Positions 1-9,629 of a DNA stretch of 64,000 nucleotides are shown in pieces. Within the stretch, counting starts at the first letter, position 1. Each line of letters opens with the position of its first letter. Source of the DNA: an uncultured Verrucomicrobiota bacterium (GTDB taxonomy: Bacteria > Verrucomicrobiota > Kiritimatiellia > CAIVKH01); NCBI GenBank assembly GCA_964503335.1, contig CAZCZZ010000008.1, forward strand, positions 8,911-72,910, written 5' to 3'. The notes beneath the pieces are model-generated. The model was not told where the DNA came from. It searched no databases and was given only the letters and a program-made list of their open reading frames with translations. Made by a program: the position numbers and the translations under genes.

Positions 1-691
1 CGCCCACGGTGTCTACCCGTCGCCCACACCGGCCACGCTGGATCTGCTGAAGGGGTTGCCTCTCGTTGCCGTGGACGAGCCGTTTGAGACCGTGACGCCG
101 ACGGGAGCAGCACTGCTTTCGACCTGGAAGAATGCCGATTCGATTCCGGCCGGTTCCATGGTGAAGGCCTCTTCGTACAGCTTCGGCCAGCGCAAGCTGA
201 AGGGACGTCCCAATCTCCTGCGCGCGACACTGCTTGAGTCGTCGGAATCGGACACGACCGACCGCTGCACGGTCCTGGAATGCAATATCGACGATTCGAC
301 ACCCGAAATCATCGGTGTGCTCACGGAGCGACTCTTCGCAGCCGGCGCGCTGGATGTCTTCACCGCGGGTGTGCAGATGAAGAAGCAGCGACCGGGCGTG
401 CTGGTCACGGTCCTTGCCACCGCGGAAACGGTCGATGCCTTGAAGGATGTACTCTTCCGCGAAAGCACCACGTTCGGCTTTCGCGCATACGAAACCGAGC
501 GGACCGTTCTCGCCCGACGCTGGATCACGGTGAACACGGAATGGGGTTCCATTCGTGTGAAAATCGGCACATGGCGCGGCGACGATGTAACGATCGCCCC
601 GGAAATGGATGACTGCGTCAAGGCGGCAACCGAACATCGGGTGCCGGTAAGGAAAGTCTACGACGCAGCGCGTCGCGCTGCAGGAACGTAG
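1..691 (+). CDS. larC: LarC-like nickel-insertion protein (DUF111 family), 5' end cut by window edge
   Basis: Frame-2 reading frame is open from nt 2 (AHGVYPSPTPATLDLLKGLPLVAVDEP...) and runs into listed ORF 56..691. 'LECNIDDSTPEIIG' and 'PSPTPATL' motifs resemble DUF111/LarC C-terminal half. Confidence 0.5.
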   Translation, partial: AHGVYPSPTPATLDLLKGLPLVAVDEPFETVTPTGAALLSTWKNADSIPAGSMVKASSYSFGQRKLKGRPNLLRATLLESSESDTTDRCTVLECNIDDSTPEIIGVLTERLFAAGALDVFTAGVQMKKQRPGVLVTVLATAETVDALKDVLFRESTTFGFRAYETERTVLARRWITVNTEWGSIRVKIGTWRGDDVTIAPEMDDCVKAATEHRVPVRKVYDAARRAAGT

Positions 692-774
692 GGGCAGAAA
701 TACGAAATGTGAGACTTGAAATTCGAAATGCAGATTCGGATTCAGATCTCAGATTTCAGATGTCGCATTTCTCG

Positions 775-1641
775 TCAGGGTTTCGTGCTCGATCCGCGCC
801 ACTGCAACTTGGTGCGAAGCACCTGGAAGTAGCTGTAGCCGGGCAGATGGATGAAGCGGACGCCGTGCGGGCTTCGCGAAATCTCCAGCCGGTCGCCCTG
901 TCGAACCGGGCTCACTTCCTGTCCATCGACGGACAGCAACAGGTTGTCAGCTGTCACGCCGGCGGTAATGGCGATGACGCTTTCGTCGGGAACAACCAGA
1001 GGCCTCGTGCTCAATGTGTGTGGACAAATCACATTCAGGAGAAGGTCCTTCGCTTCCGGATGCAGAATGGGCCCGCCGGCCGAGAGCGAGTGCGCGGTTG
1101 ATCCTGTCGGCGTCGACACGATCAGGCCGTCGCAGCGATACGACGTCAGGTCCTCTCCGTTGATTGCAACGTCGAGCGTGATGATGCGTGATGATTGGCC
1201 CCAGCCGATGACGACATCGTTCAATCCCCGGTAGGAGCCGAGCTTCCTTCGTCCACGGAAGTGGTTGCATACCGCCACCGTGCGGACGGACAGGTGATAG
1301 TTTCCTCGCGCAATGACTTCGAGCGCTTGCTCCAGGTTCTCGAGCGTGACGCTGGTGAGGAAGCCGAGGTTGCCCAGGTTTACACCGACGATGGGTGTGT
1401 CCGTCGCGCCGATCAACCGCGTGGCATGCAGGAGTGTGCCGTCTCCGCCCAATGCGACGATGGCATCCACGGACCGCGCAAGGCGTGTCGCCGGCACGAC
1501 GCGAGCTTTGGGCAGAATCTTTGCGGTCTCACCCGATGTGACCAGCTTCATGCCCAGCGACTTGGCCTTGTTGGAGAGTCGACGAAGCACGTGGGCGGCT
1601 TCCGCCTTGTTGCAGTTTGCGATGACGCCGAGAGATTTCAT
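775..1641 (-). CDS. nadK: NAD(+) kinase
   Basis: GGDGTLL motif, NLGNLGFL, overall PpnK architecture. Start taken at MKSLGVIANCNK (upstream part of listed ORF overlaps tlyA). 4-nt overlap with tlyA stop. Confidence 0.85.
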   Translation of the reverse strand: MKSLGVIANCNKAEAAHVLRRLSNKAKSLGMKLVTSGETAKILPKARVVPATRLARSVDAIVALGGDGTLLHATRLIGATDTPIVGVNLGNLGFLTSVTLENLEQALEVIARGNYHLSVRTVAVCNHFRGRRKLGSYRGLNDVVIGWGQSSRIITLDVAINGEDLTSYRCDGLIVSTPTGSTAHSLSAGGPILHPEAKDLLLNVICPHTLSTRPLVVPDESVIAITAGVTADNLLLSVDGQEVSPVRQGDRLEISRSPHGVRFIHLPGYSYFQVLRTKLQWRGSSTKP

Positions 1642-2405
1642 GGTTTGGTCCAGGCTGCGAGAAATTCGACATTGCCGGCGGGCCCAAGGATCGGTGACGG
1701 GCAAACACCATCCCATCGAAGTCCTGCTTCGTTGGTCCCGAATTGCCGGATGCGCTGAATTACGTCCTGATGCACTTGAGGATCCCGCACGACACCGCCT
1801 TTGCCGACCTGCTCGCGTCCCGCCTCGAACTGCGGCTTAATGAGGGTCACAAGCCGCGCAGGCGACGCCAGAACGTTTATGACCGCGGGCAGGACGAGGG
1901 TCAAGGAGATGAACGATACGTCGACGCAGGCAAATGACGGCGTCTCGGGAATGAGTTCCTTGGGGAGACTTCGCGCGTTCACGCTGTCGTGTGCAATAAC
2001 GCGCGGGTCGCGGCGAATCCTGTCGTGCAGCTGCCCCCGGCCCACATCGATGGCGTAAACGCGTGTGGCGCCGTGCTGGAGCAGGCAGTCCGTGAACCCG
2101 CCCGTGGAGGCTCCGACATCGAGGCAGATGAGGCCCGTTACATCGACCTGAAAATGGACGAGGGCGTGTTCCAGCTTCTCGCCGCCGCGGCTCACGAAGC
2201 GCTCGGGCTGTTCGACGGCAACCTCTGCATCATCAGGAAAGGTGTGCCCTGGCTTCGTGGCGAGGGAGCCCGCAACGCGGACTGCCCCGGCGCGAATAAG
2301 CCGCTGGGCCTTCTCGCGGCTTTCGGAGAGACCGCGAGATACAAGCAGTTGGTCGAGCCGCGTGGCCATGCGAGGGATGTTCACATCACCCGAGACCGCA
2401 TTCAA
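1638..2405 (-). CDS. tlyA: TlyA family rRNA (cytidine-2'-O)-methyltransferase / hemolysin-like
   Basis: N-terminal S4 RNA-binding domain (RLDQLLVSRGLSESREKAQRLIRAGAVRV) plus FtsJ-like SAM MTase motif LDVGASTGGFTDCLLQHGA. Confidence 0.8.
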   Translation of the reverse strand: MNAVSGDVNIPRMATRLDQLLVSRGLSESREKAQRLIRAGAVRVAGSLATKPGHTFPDDAEVAVEQPERFVSRGGEKLEHALVHFQVDVTGLICLDVGASTGGFTDCLLQHGATRVYAIDVGRGQLHDRIRRDPRVIAHDSVNARSLPKELIPETPSFACVDVSFISLTLVLPAVINVLASPARLVTLIKPQFEAGREQVGKGGVVRDPQVHQDVIQRIRQFGTNEAGLRWDGVCPSPILGPAGNVEFLAAWTKP

Positions 2406-2413
2406 TGCAGAGT

Positions 2414-3478
2414 TTATCGCTGGCGGTAACGGAGTGTCGGCGCAGGCATCCGTCCCGTAGGGATGGAGAACTCGATGTCCTTGTCACCGCGGGAAACGCG
2501 CAGTGTGACCTCCGAACCAACGAGGCGACGGAGGATGCTGCGCTGCACGTCGCGTGGCTCCGTAATGTTCTTGCCGTCCACGACCCTGAGTATGTCGCCA
2601 GCCATGATGCCGGCCTCTGCCGCCGGGGAGTTCTCTACGACTTCTTCGACAAGGACATCGCCGGCCCGCGTGGCCATGGAAATTCCAATCCACGGCCTTT
2701 CCCATGAACCATTCTTCATGATGGCCTGCGCCACGGTCATCGCAAGGTTGGCGGGGACCGCGAAGCTGATGCCGACGCTGCCCTGGGAGTAGCCCGCCGT
2801 CTGGATCATCGTGTTCACGCCGACCATGTTGCCGTCGATGTCCACCAGCGGGCCGCCGCTGTTGCCGGGGTTCACGGCGGCGTCGGACTGGATGAAGTCC
2901 TCGTAAGGAAGCGCGCCGATGGAGCGTCCCTTCTGGCTGACGATGCCGGCCGTGACACTGCTGGCGAGGCTGAACGGCGAGCCGATGGCGATGACGAACT
3001 CGCCCACGCGCAGCGAATCGGAATCGCCGATCTCGATGGGATCAAAGGCGTAATCACCCGGGTCATCGATCTTCACCACCGCGATGTCCGTATGCGGGTC
3101 CTTGCCGATCAACCGCGCAGGGAATTTCGTGCCGTCATCGAGGACGATTTCGATCTGCTGGGCTTCGTCGATCACGTGGCTGTTGGTGAGGATGTAGCCG
3201 TCTTTGCTGATGACCATGCCCGAGCCCTGGCCTGCCAGTCGCTCAGGAATCCCGTACATCTGGCCGAAGTACCAATCCTGGGCGATCTTATAGCGGGTAG
3301 CCTCGGTACGCACGACGACGACGGAGGGCATCACCTTTTCCACCGCATCCGCAATCGAGGTTCCAAGTTGTTTGGCTATGCTGGGTGATGCCGCGTCGGC
3401 CATGCTGCCGGCGACAATTGCAGTAAGCAGATAACAGAGTCTTGCATTCATAGTGTGACGCTTTAGACACAGCGCCAT
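2414..3478 (-). CDS. htrA: HtrA/DegP-family periplasmic serine protease (trypsin domain + one PDZ)
   Basis: Catalytic triad context TNSHVI / DIAVVKI / GNSGGPLV, C-terminal PDZ (GIMAGDILRVVDGKNI). Signal-like N-terminus; start may be the internal MNARL (3451). Confidence 0.85.
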   Translation of the reverse strand: MALCLKRHTMNARLCYLLTAIVAGSMADAASPSIAKQLGTSIADAVEKVMPSVVVVRTEATRYKIAQDWYFGQMYGIPERLAGQGSGMVISKDGYILTNSHVIDEAQQIEIVLDDGTKFPARLIGKDPHTDIAVVKIDDPGDYAFDPIEIGDSDSLRVGEFVIAIGSPFSLASSVTAGIVSQKGRSIGALPYEDFIQSDAAVNPGNSGGPLVDIDGNMVGVNTMIQTAGYSQGSVGISFAVPANLAMTVAQAIMKNGSWERPWIGISMATRAGDVLVEEVVENSPAAEAGIMAGDILRVVDGKNITEPRDVQRSILRRLVGSEVTLRVSRGDKDIEFSIPTGRMPAPTLRYRQR

Positions 3479-3497
3479 CGCATGTGTTCAAAAAAAG

Positions 3498-3758
3498 TTA
3501 TGAATCTTCCTGATCTCCCTCCGCGGGCTTGAAGGGGTGGGTGGTGACCTCCGAACCCTTCTTCACGAGGACTTCGATCTTCTTCTCCACATCGTTGAGC
3601 TGCTTGGTGCAGAAGGCGACGAGTTGGGTTCCCTCTTCGAAGAGCCCCATCATCTTGTCGAGTCCGAGGTTGCCCCCCTCCATCTCCCGCACAAGGGCTT
3701 CGAGACGGGTCAGGGCTTTCTCAAACGTCTGTGCTGATTCACGATCCTTGTCGGCCAT
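3498..3758 (-). CDS. xseB: Exodeoxyribonuclease VII small subunit
   Basis: MADKDRESAQTFEKALTRLEALVREMEGGNLGLD... matches XseB. Overlaps xseA 3' end by 20 nt, the usual arrangement. Confidence 0.85.
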   Translation of the reverse strand: MADKDRESAQTFEKALTRLEALVREMEGGNLGLDKMMGLFEEGTQLVAFCTKQLNDVEKKIEVLVKKGSEVTTHPFKPAEGDQEDS

Positions 3759-5058
3759 GGTCACGCTCCTTGGATGTCTTCGATACCTCTGAAACGATGG
3801 AACCGCGCGCGAGCAGTGTTTCGATCTCGTCGCCCTTCTCAAGGTCCGCAAAGGATTTTACCACACCGCCACCCGCTTTTCGGGTGATGCTGAAGCCGCG
3901 GTCCAGGACCGCAAGGGGGCTGAGCGCCTGAAGCTGGGCCGCAAGGCGTTTCACGCGTTCACCCGACCGGCCTGAAAGCATCTGGATCGCGTGGGTCATT
4001 CGCATCCCGGCCTCGTCCACGCGCTGATGCCGCTCCGTCACGGTATTCTGCAACTCGGTCTTCAGACTCCTGCGCATCAGCTCAAGTCGTTGCCTGTGAC
4101 GCAGCAGCAGGTTTGCGGGTTCCTTGAAAACGTAGCTCCTGCTGGCGCGGGTCAATCGGTTGTGAAGCTCCAACACCCGTGTTTGCAGGGCGCTCGCGAG
4201 GTGCCGGGATAAACCGCTCAGCTGTTCCTCGAACGCCGCCTTGGGTTGCACGACGAGTTCGGCGGCGGCAGAAGGAGTGGGGGCGCGCAGGTCGGCGACG
4301 AAGTCGCTGATCGTAAAATCGACTTCGTGGCCTACCGCGGAGATGACAGGAATCCGCGAGCGTGCGATGGCCCGGGCGACCACTTCCTCATTGAATGACC
4401 AGAGGTCCTCAAGGCTTCCGCCGCCGCGACCCACGATCAGGACATCGTATCCGCCACGCACATTGAGAAAGTCGATCGCATCCGCAATCTCTGCCGCAGC
4501 TCCTTCGCCCTGCACGCGGACGGGGGCAATCTGGATGTGGAGATTGGGGAACCGGCGTCCGAGGATGTTGAGCATGTCGCGGATTGCGGCGCCGGATGGC
4601 GAGGTGACGATGCCGATACGCCGTGGCAGCAGGGGAAGGGGCTTCTTGCGCGAGGACTCGAACAGGCCCTCCTTGGCCAGCTTCTCCTTCAGCAGTTCGA
4701 ATTGTTCTTGTAGCGATCCCTTGCCGGCCAGTTCGACACGACGAACGAGCATCTGATATTGGCCGCTCTTCTCGTAAACGGTAATGTTGCCCTGCACGCG
4801 GATCTTCAAGCCGTCCTTGATTTCCACGCGAAGGCTGGCCTGGTTGCCGCGGAACAGGACGGCTTTGATCTGCGCCACTTCGTCCTTCAGGGTGAAATAC
4901 AAATGGCCCGAAGCGGGACGGCTGAGATTGGATACCTCACCTTCGAGCCACACGATGCCGACCTCGTCTTCGAGGATGGCCTTGATGCGTCGGGTCAGTT
5001 CTCCAACCTGATAGATCTTCCGGCGATCCGATGCATCGGACTCTAGCGGGGAAACCAT
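3739..5058 (-). CDS. xseA: Exodeoxyribonuclease VII large subunit
   Basis: OB-fold N-terminus (IWLEGEVSNLSRPASGHLYFTLKD), catalytic core RGGGSLEDLWSFNEE, coiled-coil C-terminal. Confidence 0.9.
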   Translation of the reverse strand: MVSPLESDASDRRKIYQVGELTRRIKAILEDEVGIVWLEGEVSNLSRPASGHLYFTLKDEVAQIKAVLFRGNQASLRVEIKDGLKIRVQGNITVYEKSGQYQMLVRRVELAGKGSLQEQFELLKEKLAKEGLFESSRKKPLPLLPRRIGIVTSPSGAAIRDMLNILGRRFPNLHIQIAPVRVQGEGAAAEIADAIDFLNVRGGYDVLIVGRGGGSLEDLWSFNEEVVARAIARSRIPVISAVGHEVDFTISDFVADLRAPTPSAAAELVVQPKAAFEEQLSGLSRHLASALQTRVLELHNRLTRASRSYVFKEPANLLLRHRQRLELMRRSLKTELQNTVTERHQRVDEAGMRMTHAIQMLSGRSGERVKRLAAQLQALSPLAVLDRGFSITRKAGGGVVKSFADLEKGDEIETLLARGSIVSEVSKTSKERDHGRQGS

Positions 5059-5061
5059 GGC

Positions 5062-5838
5062 CTACTCCACGTGCTCGCGGACGCGTTTGATCTTCTTCGC
5101 GCGGCCGGTCTTCGGGTCGACCGTGATGATGGCGCCTTCCAGCGAAACATCCTTCGAGCCTACTTCAAATTTGGTCGGCATGCCTGAGAGGAAGCGCGGG
5201 ATCACTGTCTTGATGTCCATTCCGATCACGCCATCCTTGGGTCCCGTCATGCCGAGGTCGGTCAGATACGCCGTGCCGCGCGGCAGGATCGTGTCGTCCG
5301 AAGTCTGCACATGCGTGTGCGTGCCCACGACGGAGGCCACTCGACCATCAAGGTAGCGCCCCATGGCGACCTTCTCCGACGTCGCCTCCGCGTGAATTTC
5401 CACGAGAACAATCGGTCCCAAGTCGCCCCGCTTCAGGATCGCATCGACCGTGCGGAAGGGACAATCCGCCGGCGGCAGGAAGACGCGGCCGATGAGGACG
5501 ATGACCGAGAGCTTTCCGGCCGGAGTGTCCACCGTCACCACGCCGCGGCCCGGACAATCCGGCGCATAGTTCGCGGGCCTTGCGATGCGCGTTTCGATGG
5601 CGAGGTGCGGGATGATTTCCTTCTGGTCCCAGACGTGGTCGCCGAGCGTGATGATGTTGGCGCCCGCCGCGAACAGCTCATCGCAAATATCCGGCGTGAT
5701 GCCCCGGCCCGCCGCCGAATTCTCTGCATTCACGACCACGAAATCGATCTGCTTGGCAGCCCGGAGGCGACCGGTGACCTGCGAAAAGGCGCGCCGCCCG
5801 GGAGATCCGACAATGTCACCGACGTAGAGGATATTCAT
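5062..5838 (-). CDS. ymdB: YmdB-like metallophosphoesterase (TIGR00282; 2',3'-cyclic-nucleotide phosphodiesterase)
   Basis: MNILYVGDIVGSPGR N-terminus, GNHVWD and GTHTHVQT metallophosphoesterase motifs. Directly downstream of rny, as in Firmicutes. Confidence 0.85.
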   Translation of the reverse strand: MNILYVGDIVGSPGRRAFSQVTGRLRAAKQIDFVVVNAENSAAGRGITPDICDELFAAGANIITLGDHVWDQKEIIPHLAIETRIARPANYAPDCPGRGVVTVDTPAGKLSVIVLIGRVFLPPADCPFRTVDAILKRGDLGPIVLVEIHAEATSEKVAMGRYLDGRVASVVGTHTHVQTSDDTILPRGTAYLTDLGMTGPKDGVIGMDIKTVIPRFLSGMPTKFEVGSKDVSLEGAIITVDPKTGRAKKIKRVREHVE

Positions 5839-5847
5839 GGGGGGGCG

Positions 5848-7419
5848 CTAGCGAGCGTATTCCGTGCAACGCGTTTCGCGGACGACGGTTACGCGGATTT
5901 GGCCGGGGTACTCGAGGTTGTCTTCGATGGCCTTTGATATCTGCCGCGCGAGGGCGAGGGCGGCTTGGTCGTCGATGACATCGGGTTTGACGATGACGCG
6001 CACTTCGCGACCGGCCTGGATGGCGAAGGATTTTTCGACGCCGTCGAAGCTGTTGGCGATGCGCTCAAGTTTTTCCAGTCGTTGGAGATAAATCTCCGTG
6101 CTCTCCACACGCGCGCCGGGGCGGGAGGCCGTGATGGCGTCACCGGCTTTCGTCAGTACCGCATAAATGCTTTCGGCAGGCATCTCGTCATGATGGGCGG
6201 CGACGGCGTTGCAGACCACGTCCGACTCACCGCGTTTGCGCAGGAACTCCGCGCCGACCAGGGCATGGCTGCCGCTGTTGCCCTGGTCGATGGCTTTGCC
6301 GATATCGTGGAATATCCCGGCGCGCTTCGCGATCACGGGATCGGCTCCAAGCTCCGCGGCGATCATGCCCATGATGTGTGCCATCTCGATGGAGTGCTTG
6401 AGGACATTCTGACCGTAGCTATGCCGGTAGTTCAGGCTTCCGAGCACGCGAAGCACTTCAGGTTCAGCCCGTTCCAGTCCAAGCGCGGCCAAGGCGGCTT
6501 CACCGGCCTGCGTGGCAGCATTTTCGAGTTCCTCCTTCGCCTTCGCGACGATCTCCTCGATGCGGGTGGGCTGGATGCGGCCATCCTGGACAAGCCGCGA
6601 CAACGCGACGCTGGCGATTTCGCGCCGGAGAGGATCAAAGCCGGATATCACGACGATGCCCGGTGTATCGTCGATGACTACATTCACCCCGGTTGCGGCT
6701 TCCAGTGCACGGATATTGCGGCCGTCCTTCCCGATGATGCGACCCTTCATCTCTTCGTTCGGGATGTGAATCGTGGTCGTGGTCATCTCGCTGATCTGGT
6801 CCGCCGCATACCGTTCCACGGCAGCCGCGATGATCTCTCTCGCGGTCTTCTCGGCCGTGGCTTTGGCCTGCTCCTGGGCTCGCCGCACAAGTTCGGCACC
6901 CTCGTCGCTCAGGTTGGATTCAAGGCGGTTCAGGACTTCACGCCGGAGATCTTCGGGGTTCAGCCCGGCCAGTTTCTGTATCCGCTCGAGTTCCTGCTGC
7001 TGGCATTGCTCCGCGGCCTTCATACGCTCGGCAAACTCCTCGTGCTCCCTGCGAAGCGACTTGAGCGTTTCCTCCACGGCCTGGTCTCGCCGATCAATCA
7101 TCTGGGCACGGCCTTCAAGGGCAATCTCGCGCTGGTTGATGCGATCCTCGACGGCGAGGAGTTCCTGCCGTCTCGACCAGGACTCCTTCTCGAAAGTCTC
7201 GCGAACCTTCAGCGACTCGTCCCGAGCCTGCAGTTGGCCCTCGCGGACAATGGAGGCCGCCTCACGCCGCGCATTCTCGATCTGCGCCTGCGCCACGACC
7301 TCGGACTGCTTGAACTTCTCGCGCGCAAGGTACCAGAGGACGCCATAGCCAAAGCCGACGCCGAGGATCCAATACAGCGGCAGCATCAGCCACGGAATCT
7401 CTACAAAGGTCTGTTCCAT
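5848..7419 (-). CDS. rny: Ribonuclease Y
   Basis: N-terminal TM helix, long coiled coil, KH domain (GRIIGKDGRNIRALE), HD domain (HSIEMAHIMG...HDIGK). Confidence 0.9.
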   Translation of the reverse strand: MEQTFVEIPWLMLPLYWILGVGFGYGVLWYLAREKFKQSEVVAQAQIENARREAASIVREGQLQARDESLKVRETFEKESWSRRQELLAVEDRINQREIALEGRAQMIDRRDQAVEETLKSLRREHEEFAERMKAAEQCQQQELERIQKLAGLNPEDLRREVLNRLESNLSDEGAELVRRAQEQAKATAEKTAREIIAAAVERYAADQISEMTTTTIHIPNEEMKGRIIGKDGRNIRALEAATGVNVVIDDTPGIVVISGFDPLRREIASVALSRLVQDGRIQPTRIEEIVAKAKEELENAATQAGEAALAALGLERAEPEVLRVLGSLNYRHSYGQNVLKHSIEMAHIMGMIAAELGADPVIAKRAGIFHDIGKAIDQGNSGSHALVGAEFLRKRGESDVVCNAVAAHHDEMPAESIYAVLTKAGDAITASRPGARVESTEIYLQRLEKLERIANSFDGVEKSFAIQAGREVRVIVKPDVIDDQAALALARQISKAIEDNLEYPGQIRVTVVRETRCTEYAR

Positions 7420-7426
7420 TCGCTTC

Positions 7427-8041
7427 TCAGATCAGCTTCGGGTCGTAGATCTTCTTCTCGGTGATCACCAGGTCCATCTCCACATCGTGTACTTCCGACG
7501 GCACGACAGTCACGCGCTGGCTCTCGAAGGCGAGGCACAGCTTCATGCCCTGATGCTCGGCCAGCAGCCGGTCATAATATCCGCCACCATGCCCGAGCCG
7601 GCGCCCGTAGGCATCGAAAGCAACACAAGGCACAATCATCACATCCACATCGCTTGTGCTCACCCAGCGTGGTTTGATCGGCTCCATGAGCCCCCATGCC
7701 GCTTCGCGCATCGGCTCATGTTCGGATAGCGAGCACATCTCGTACCGGTTGTAGGCCCGCTTCAGGGCGGGAACGCAGACAGCTTTGCCGCTTGCGCGAC
7801 ACGCCGCGACGATGGCGTCCGTCTGTACTTCGCGCGGAAGGGCGAGGTAGAGGCCAACCGTTGATGCATCGCGGAAGGCCTTCTGCTGCAGGACGAACTG
7901 CTGGATGACCTCGCTGCTCTTTTTGATCCAGGCCGTGTCCAGCTTGCGGCGGAGGAGTCGCATCTGCTGGCGCATCGATTCCTTCGGTGAGAGGTCTAGC
8001 CGGCGGAATCCTGCTTCTGCTGCTTTCTCAGTAGTGCCCAT
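7427..8041 (-). CDS. 5-formyltetrahydrofolate cyclo-ligase (MTHFS)
   Basis: VGLYLALPREVQTD...MIVPCVAFDAYGRRLGHGGGYYDRLL motifs typical of the YgfA/MTHFS family. Start uncertain (MRQQM at 7975 possible). Confidence 0.7.
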   Translation of the reverse strand: MGTTEKAAEAGFRRLDLSPKESMRQQMRLLRRKLDTAWIKKSSEVIQQFVLQQKAFRDASTVGLYLALPREVQTDAIVAACRASGKAVCVPALKRAYNRYEMCSLSEHEPMREAAWGLMEPIKPRWVSTSDVDVMIVPCVAFDAYGRRLGHGGGYYDRLLAEHQGMKLCLAFESQRVTVVPSEVHDVEMDLVITEKKIYDPKLI

Positions 8042-9387
8042 TGCTCAAGTCTCTTTCGTATCCTGTCTTCGTAACCTTGCGTCGTAGGACGATAATATAT
8101 CTTCGAGGTCGGTGCATACTCCTGATCTACGACGTGTCCATCGTAGTCATGGGCGTACTTGTAGCCCTCGTGACCCAGTTCTTTCGCGCCACGATACGAC
8201 CCGTCGCGAAGATGCTTCGGGACCGGAAGTGTGCGGCCCGATTTGATGTCCTCCAGCGCCTCCTCGATCCCGAGATAGGCTGCGTTGCTCTTCGGCGAGC
8301 AGGCCAGGAATGTCGTGGCCTGCGCGAGGATGATCCGCGCCTCGGGCATGCCGACGAAATCCACGGCGCCCATGGCATCAACAGCCAGGCTGAGGGCTGT
8401 GGGATCGGCGTTCCCGATGTCCTCGGATGCGAGTATGACAAGTCGCCGCGCGATGAACCGGGGGTCCTCGCCCGCGTAGATCATCTTGGCCAGCCAGTAC
8501 AATGCGGCGTTCGGGTCCGACCCGCGCACACTCTTGATGAACGCCGAGATCGTGTCGTAGTGCCCGTCCTCATCGTGGTCGTACACGACGGCCTTCGTCT
8601 GCACCGACTCCTCGGTCACGGAGCGTGTGATGTGAATTACGCCGTCTTCGGAGGGCTTCGTGGTGAGCGCCGCGATCTCGAGCGCGTTAAGTGCACGCCT
8701 TGCGTCGCCTTCGCAAACCGCTGCGAGATGCGCCAACGCGTCGTCGTCGGCTTTGATCGTCAGGTACCCGAGTCCGTCAGGATGCGTGATCGCGCGCTGG
8801 AGCAGCGTCACAATATCGGCCTCGCGAATCGGCTCGAGCTGGAAGATCTGGGAGCGCGAGGTGAGCGGGCTGTTGATGAAGAAGAACGGGTTGTGCGTCG
8901 TGGCCCCGATCAACGTGACTGCGCCTTCTTCGACATAAGGCAGCAGCACGTCTTGCTGGGCCTTGTTGAAACGATGAATTTCGTCGATGAAAAGAATCGT
9001 CTCCTCGCGGCGGATTTTGTTGCGGGTCTGCGCGGCCTCCAGCAATTCGCGCAGCGTGGCGACATTGGCCATGACTCCGCTCGTGCGCTCGAAACGACGG
9101 CGGGTTACGCGGGCGATGACTTCGGCCAGCGAGGTCTTGCCGCAGCCGGGCGGGCCGTAGAGGATCACGCTACCGAGCCGGTCGGCTTCGATGGCGCGGC
9201 GGAGCAACTTGCCGTCACCGAGAATATGTTGCTGGCCGGCGATATCTTCGAGGGTTCGGGGACGCATGCGCGCCGCGAGCGGGGCGCGATCGTTCGTGCC
9301 CGCATCCGGTCGAGATTTGCTGTCCTGGTCAAATAGATCCACGTTCGCCTTTCCGCATGAACCGTGGACAAAAAAATACCCCACCAC
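7996..9387 (-). CDS. rarA: Replication-associated recombination protein A (AAA+ ATPase)
   Basis: PLAARMRPRTLEDIAGQQHILG N-terminal signature, Walker A GPPGCGKTSLA, MgsA C-terminal domain. True start likely a non-ATG codon near 9340-9387. Confidence 0.85.
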   Translation of the reverse strand: MVGYFFVHGSCGKANVDLFDQDSKSRPDAGTNDRAPLAARMRPRTLEDIAGQQHILGDGKLLRRAIEADRLGSVILYGPPGCGKTSLAEVIARVTRRRFERTSGVMANVATLRELLEAAQTRNKIRREETILFIDEIHRFNKAQQDVLLPYVEEGAVTLIGATTHNPFFFINSPLTSRSQIFQLEPIREADIVTLLQRAITHPDGLGYLTIKADDDALAHLAAVCEGDARRALNALEIAALTTKPSEDGVIHITRSVTEESVQTKAVVYDHDEDGHYDTISAFIKSVRGSDPNAALYWLAKMIYAGEDPRFIARRLVILASEDIGNADPTALSLAVDAMGAVDFVGMPEARIILAQATTFLACSPKSNAAYLGIEEALEDIKSGRTLPVPKHLRDGSYRGAKELGHEGYKYAHDYDGHVVDQEYAPTSKIYYRPTTQGYEDRIRKRLEQWALLRKQQKQDSAG

Positions 9388-9394
9388 AAGTCGT

Positions 9395-9440
9395 TAAGGG
9401 AACTGCTCTAACACCCCGTTTGCGAGGTGGGTGCCCGGGT
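9395..9440 (-). terminator. Putative rho-independent terminator downstream of pheT (minus strand)
   Basis: Minus-strand RNA ...CACCCACC...GGUGGGGUAUUUUUUUG. GC-rich arms (plus 9380-9386 / 9426-9433) followed by U7 (A-run 9401-9407 on plus). Confidence 0.45.
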
Positions 9441-9629
9441 TGTCGGGTTCCAAGTCCCCCGAAGGGGCATGTGGGTGCCGACACCTTTAATGGGCTCCCT
9501 TTCAACAATATATCGGGTCAGAGACGTGTCCCAATCACGAACCAGGCAGGGTATTTAAAATGGTTGCCCCGCTCTCAAAGAACAACAGGCGTCAAGCTCG
9601 CCTGCTCTGAAGGCAGAGTACACCGATGG

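Noticed and set aside
5965-7464. Long antisense ORFs opposite real genes: 5965-7464, 8041-9336, 13104-14462, 21695-22804, 25430-26752, 26765-28264, 30614-31828, 33900-36197, 45219-46967, 55527-56468 and 56974-58092.
   Set aside because: Each lies entirely inside, and antisense to, a gene with strong family motifs (rny, rarA, the protease, the amylase, the GT fusion, uvrA, the TPR protein, atpD, DUF1800, DUF1501). Their translations are Arg/Ala/Gly-rich low-complexity sequence of the kind high-GC antisense frames produce. No motifs are present.
9388-9629. 6S RNA, tmRNA, RNase P or SRP RNA in the pheT-rarA spacer.
   Set aside because: I could not recognise any of the conserved sequence blocks of these RNAs on either strand. 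The spacer is kept only as a low-interest structured region.
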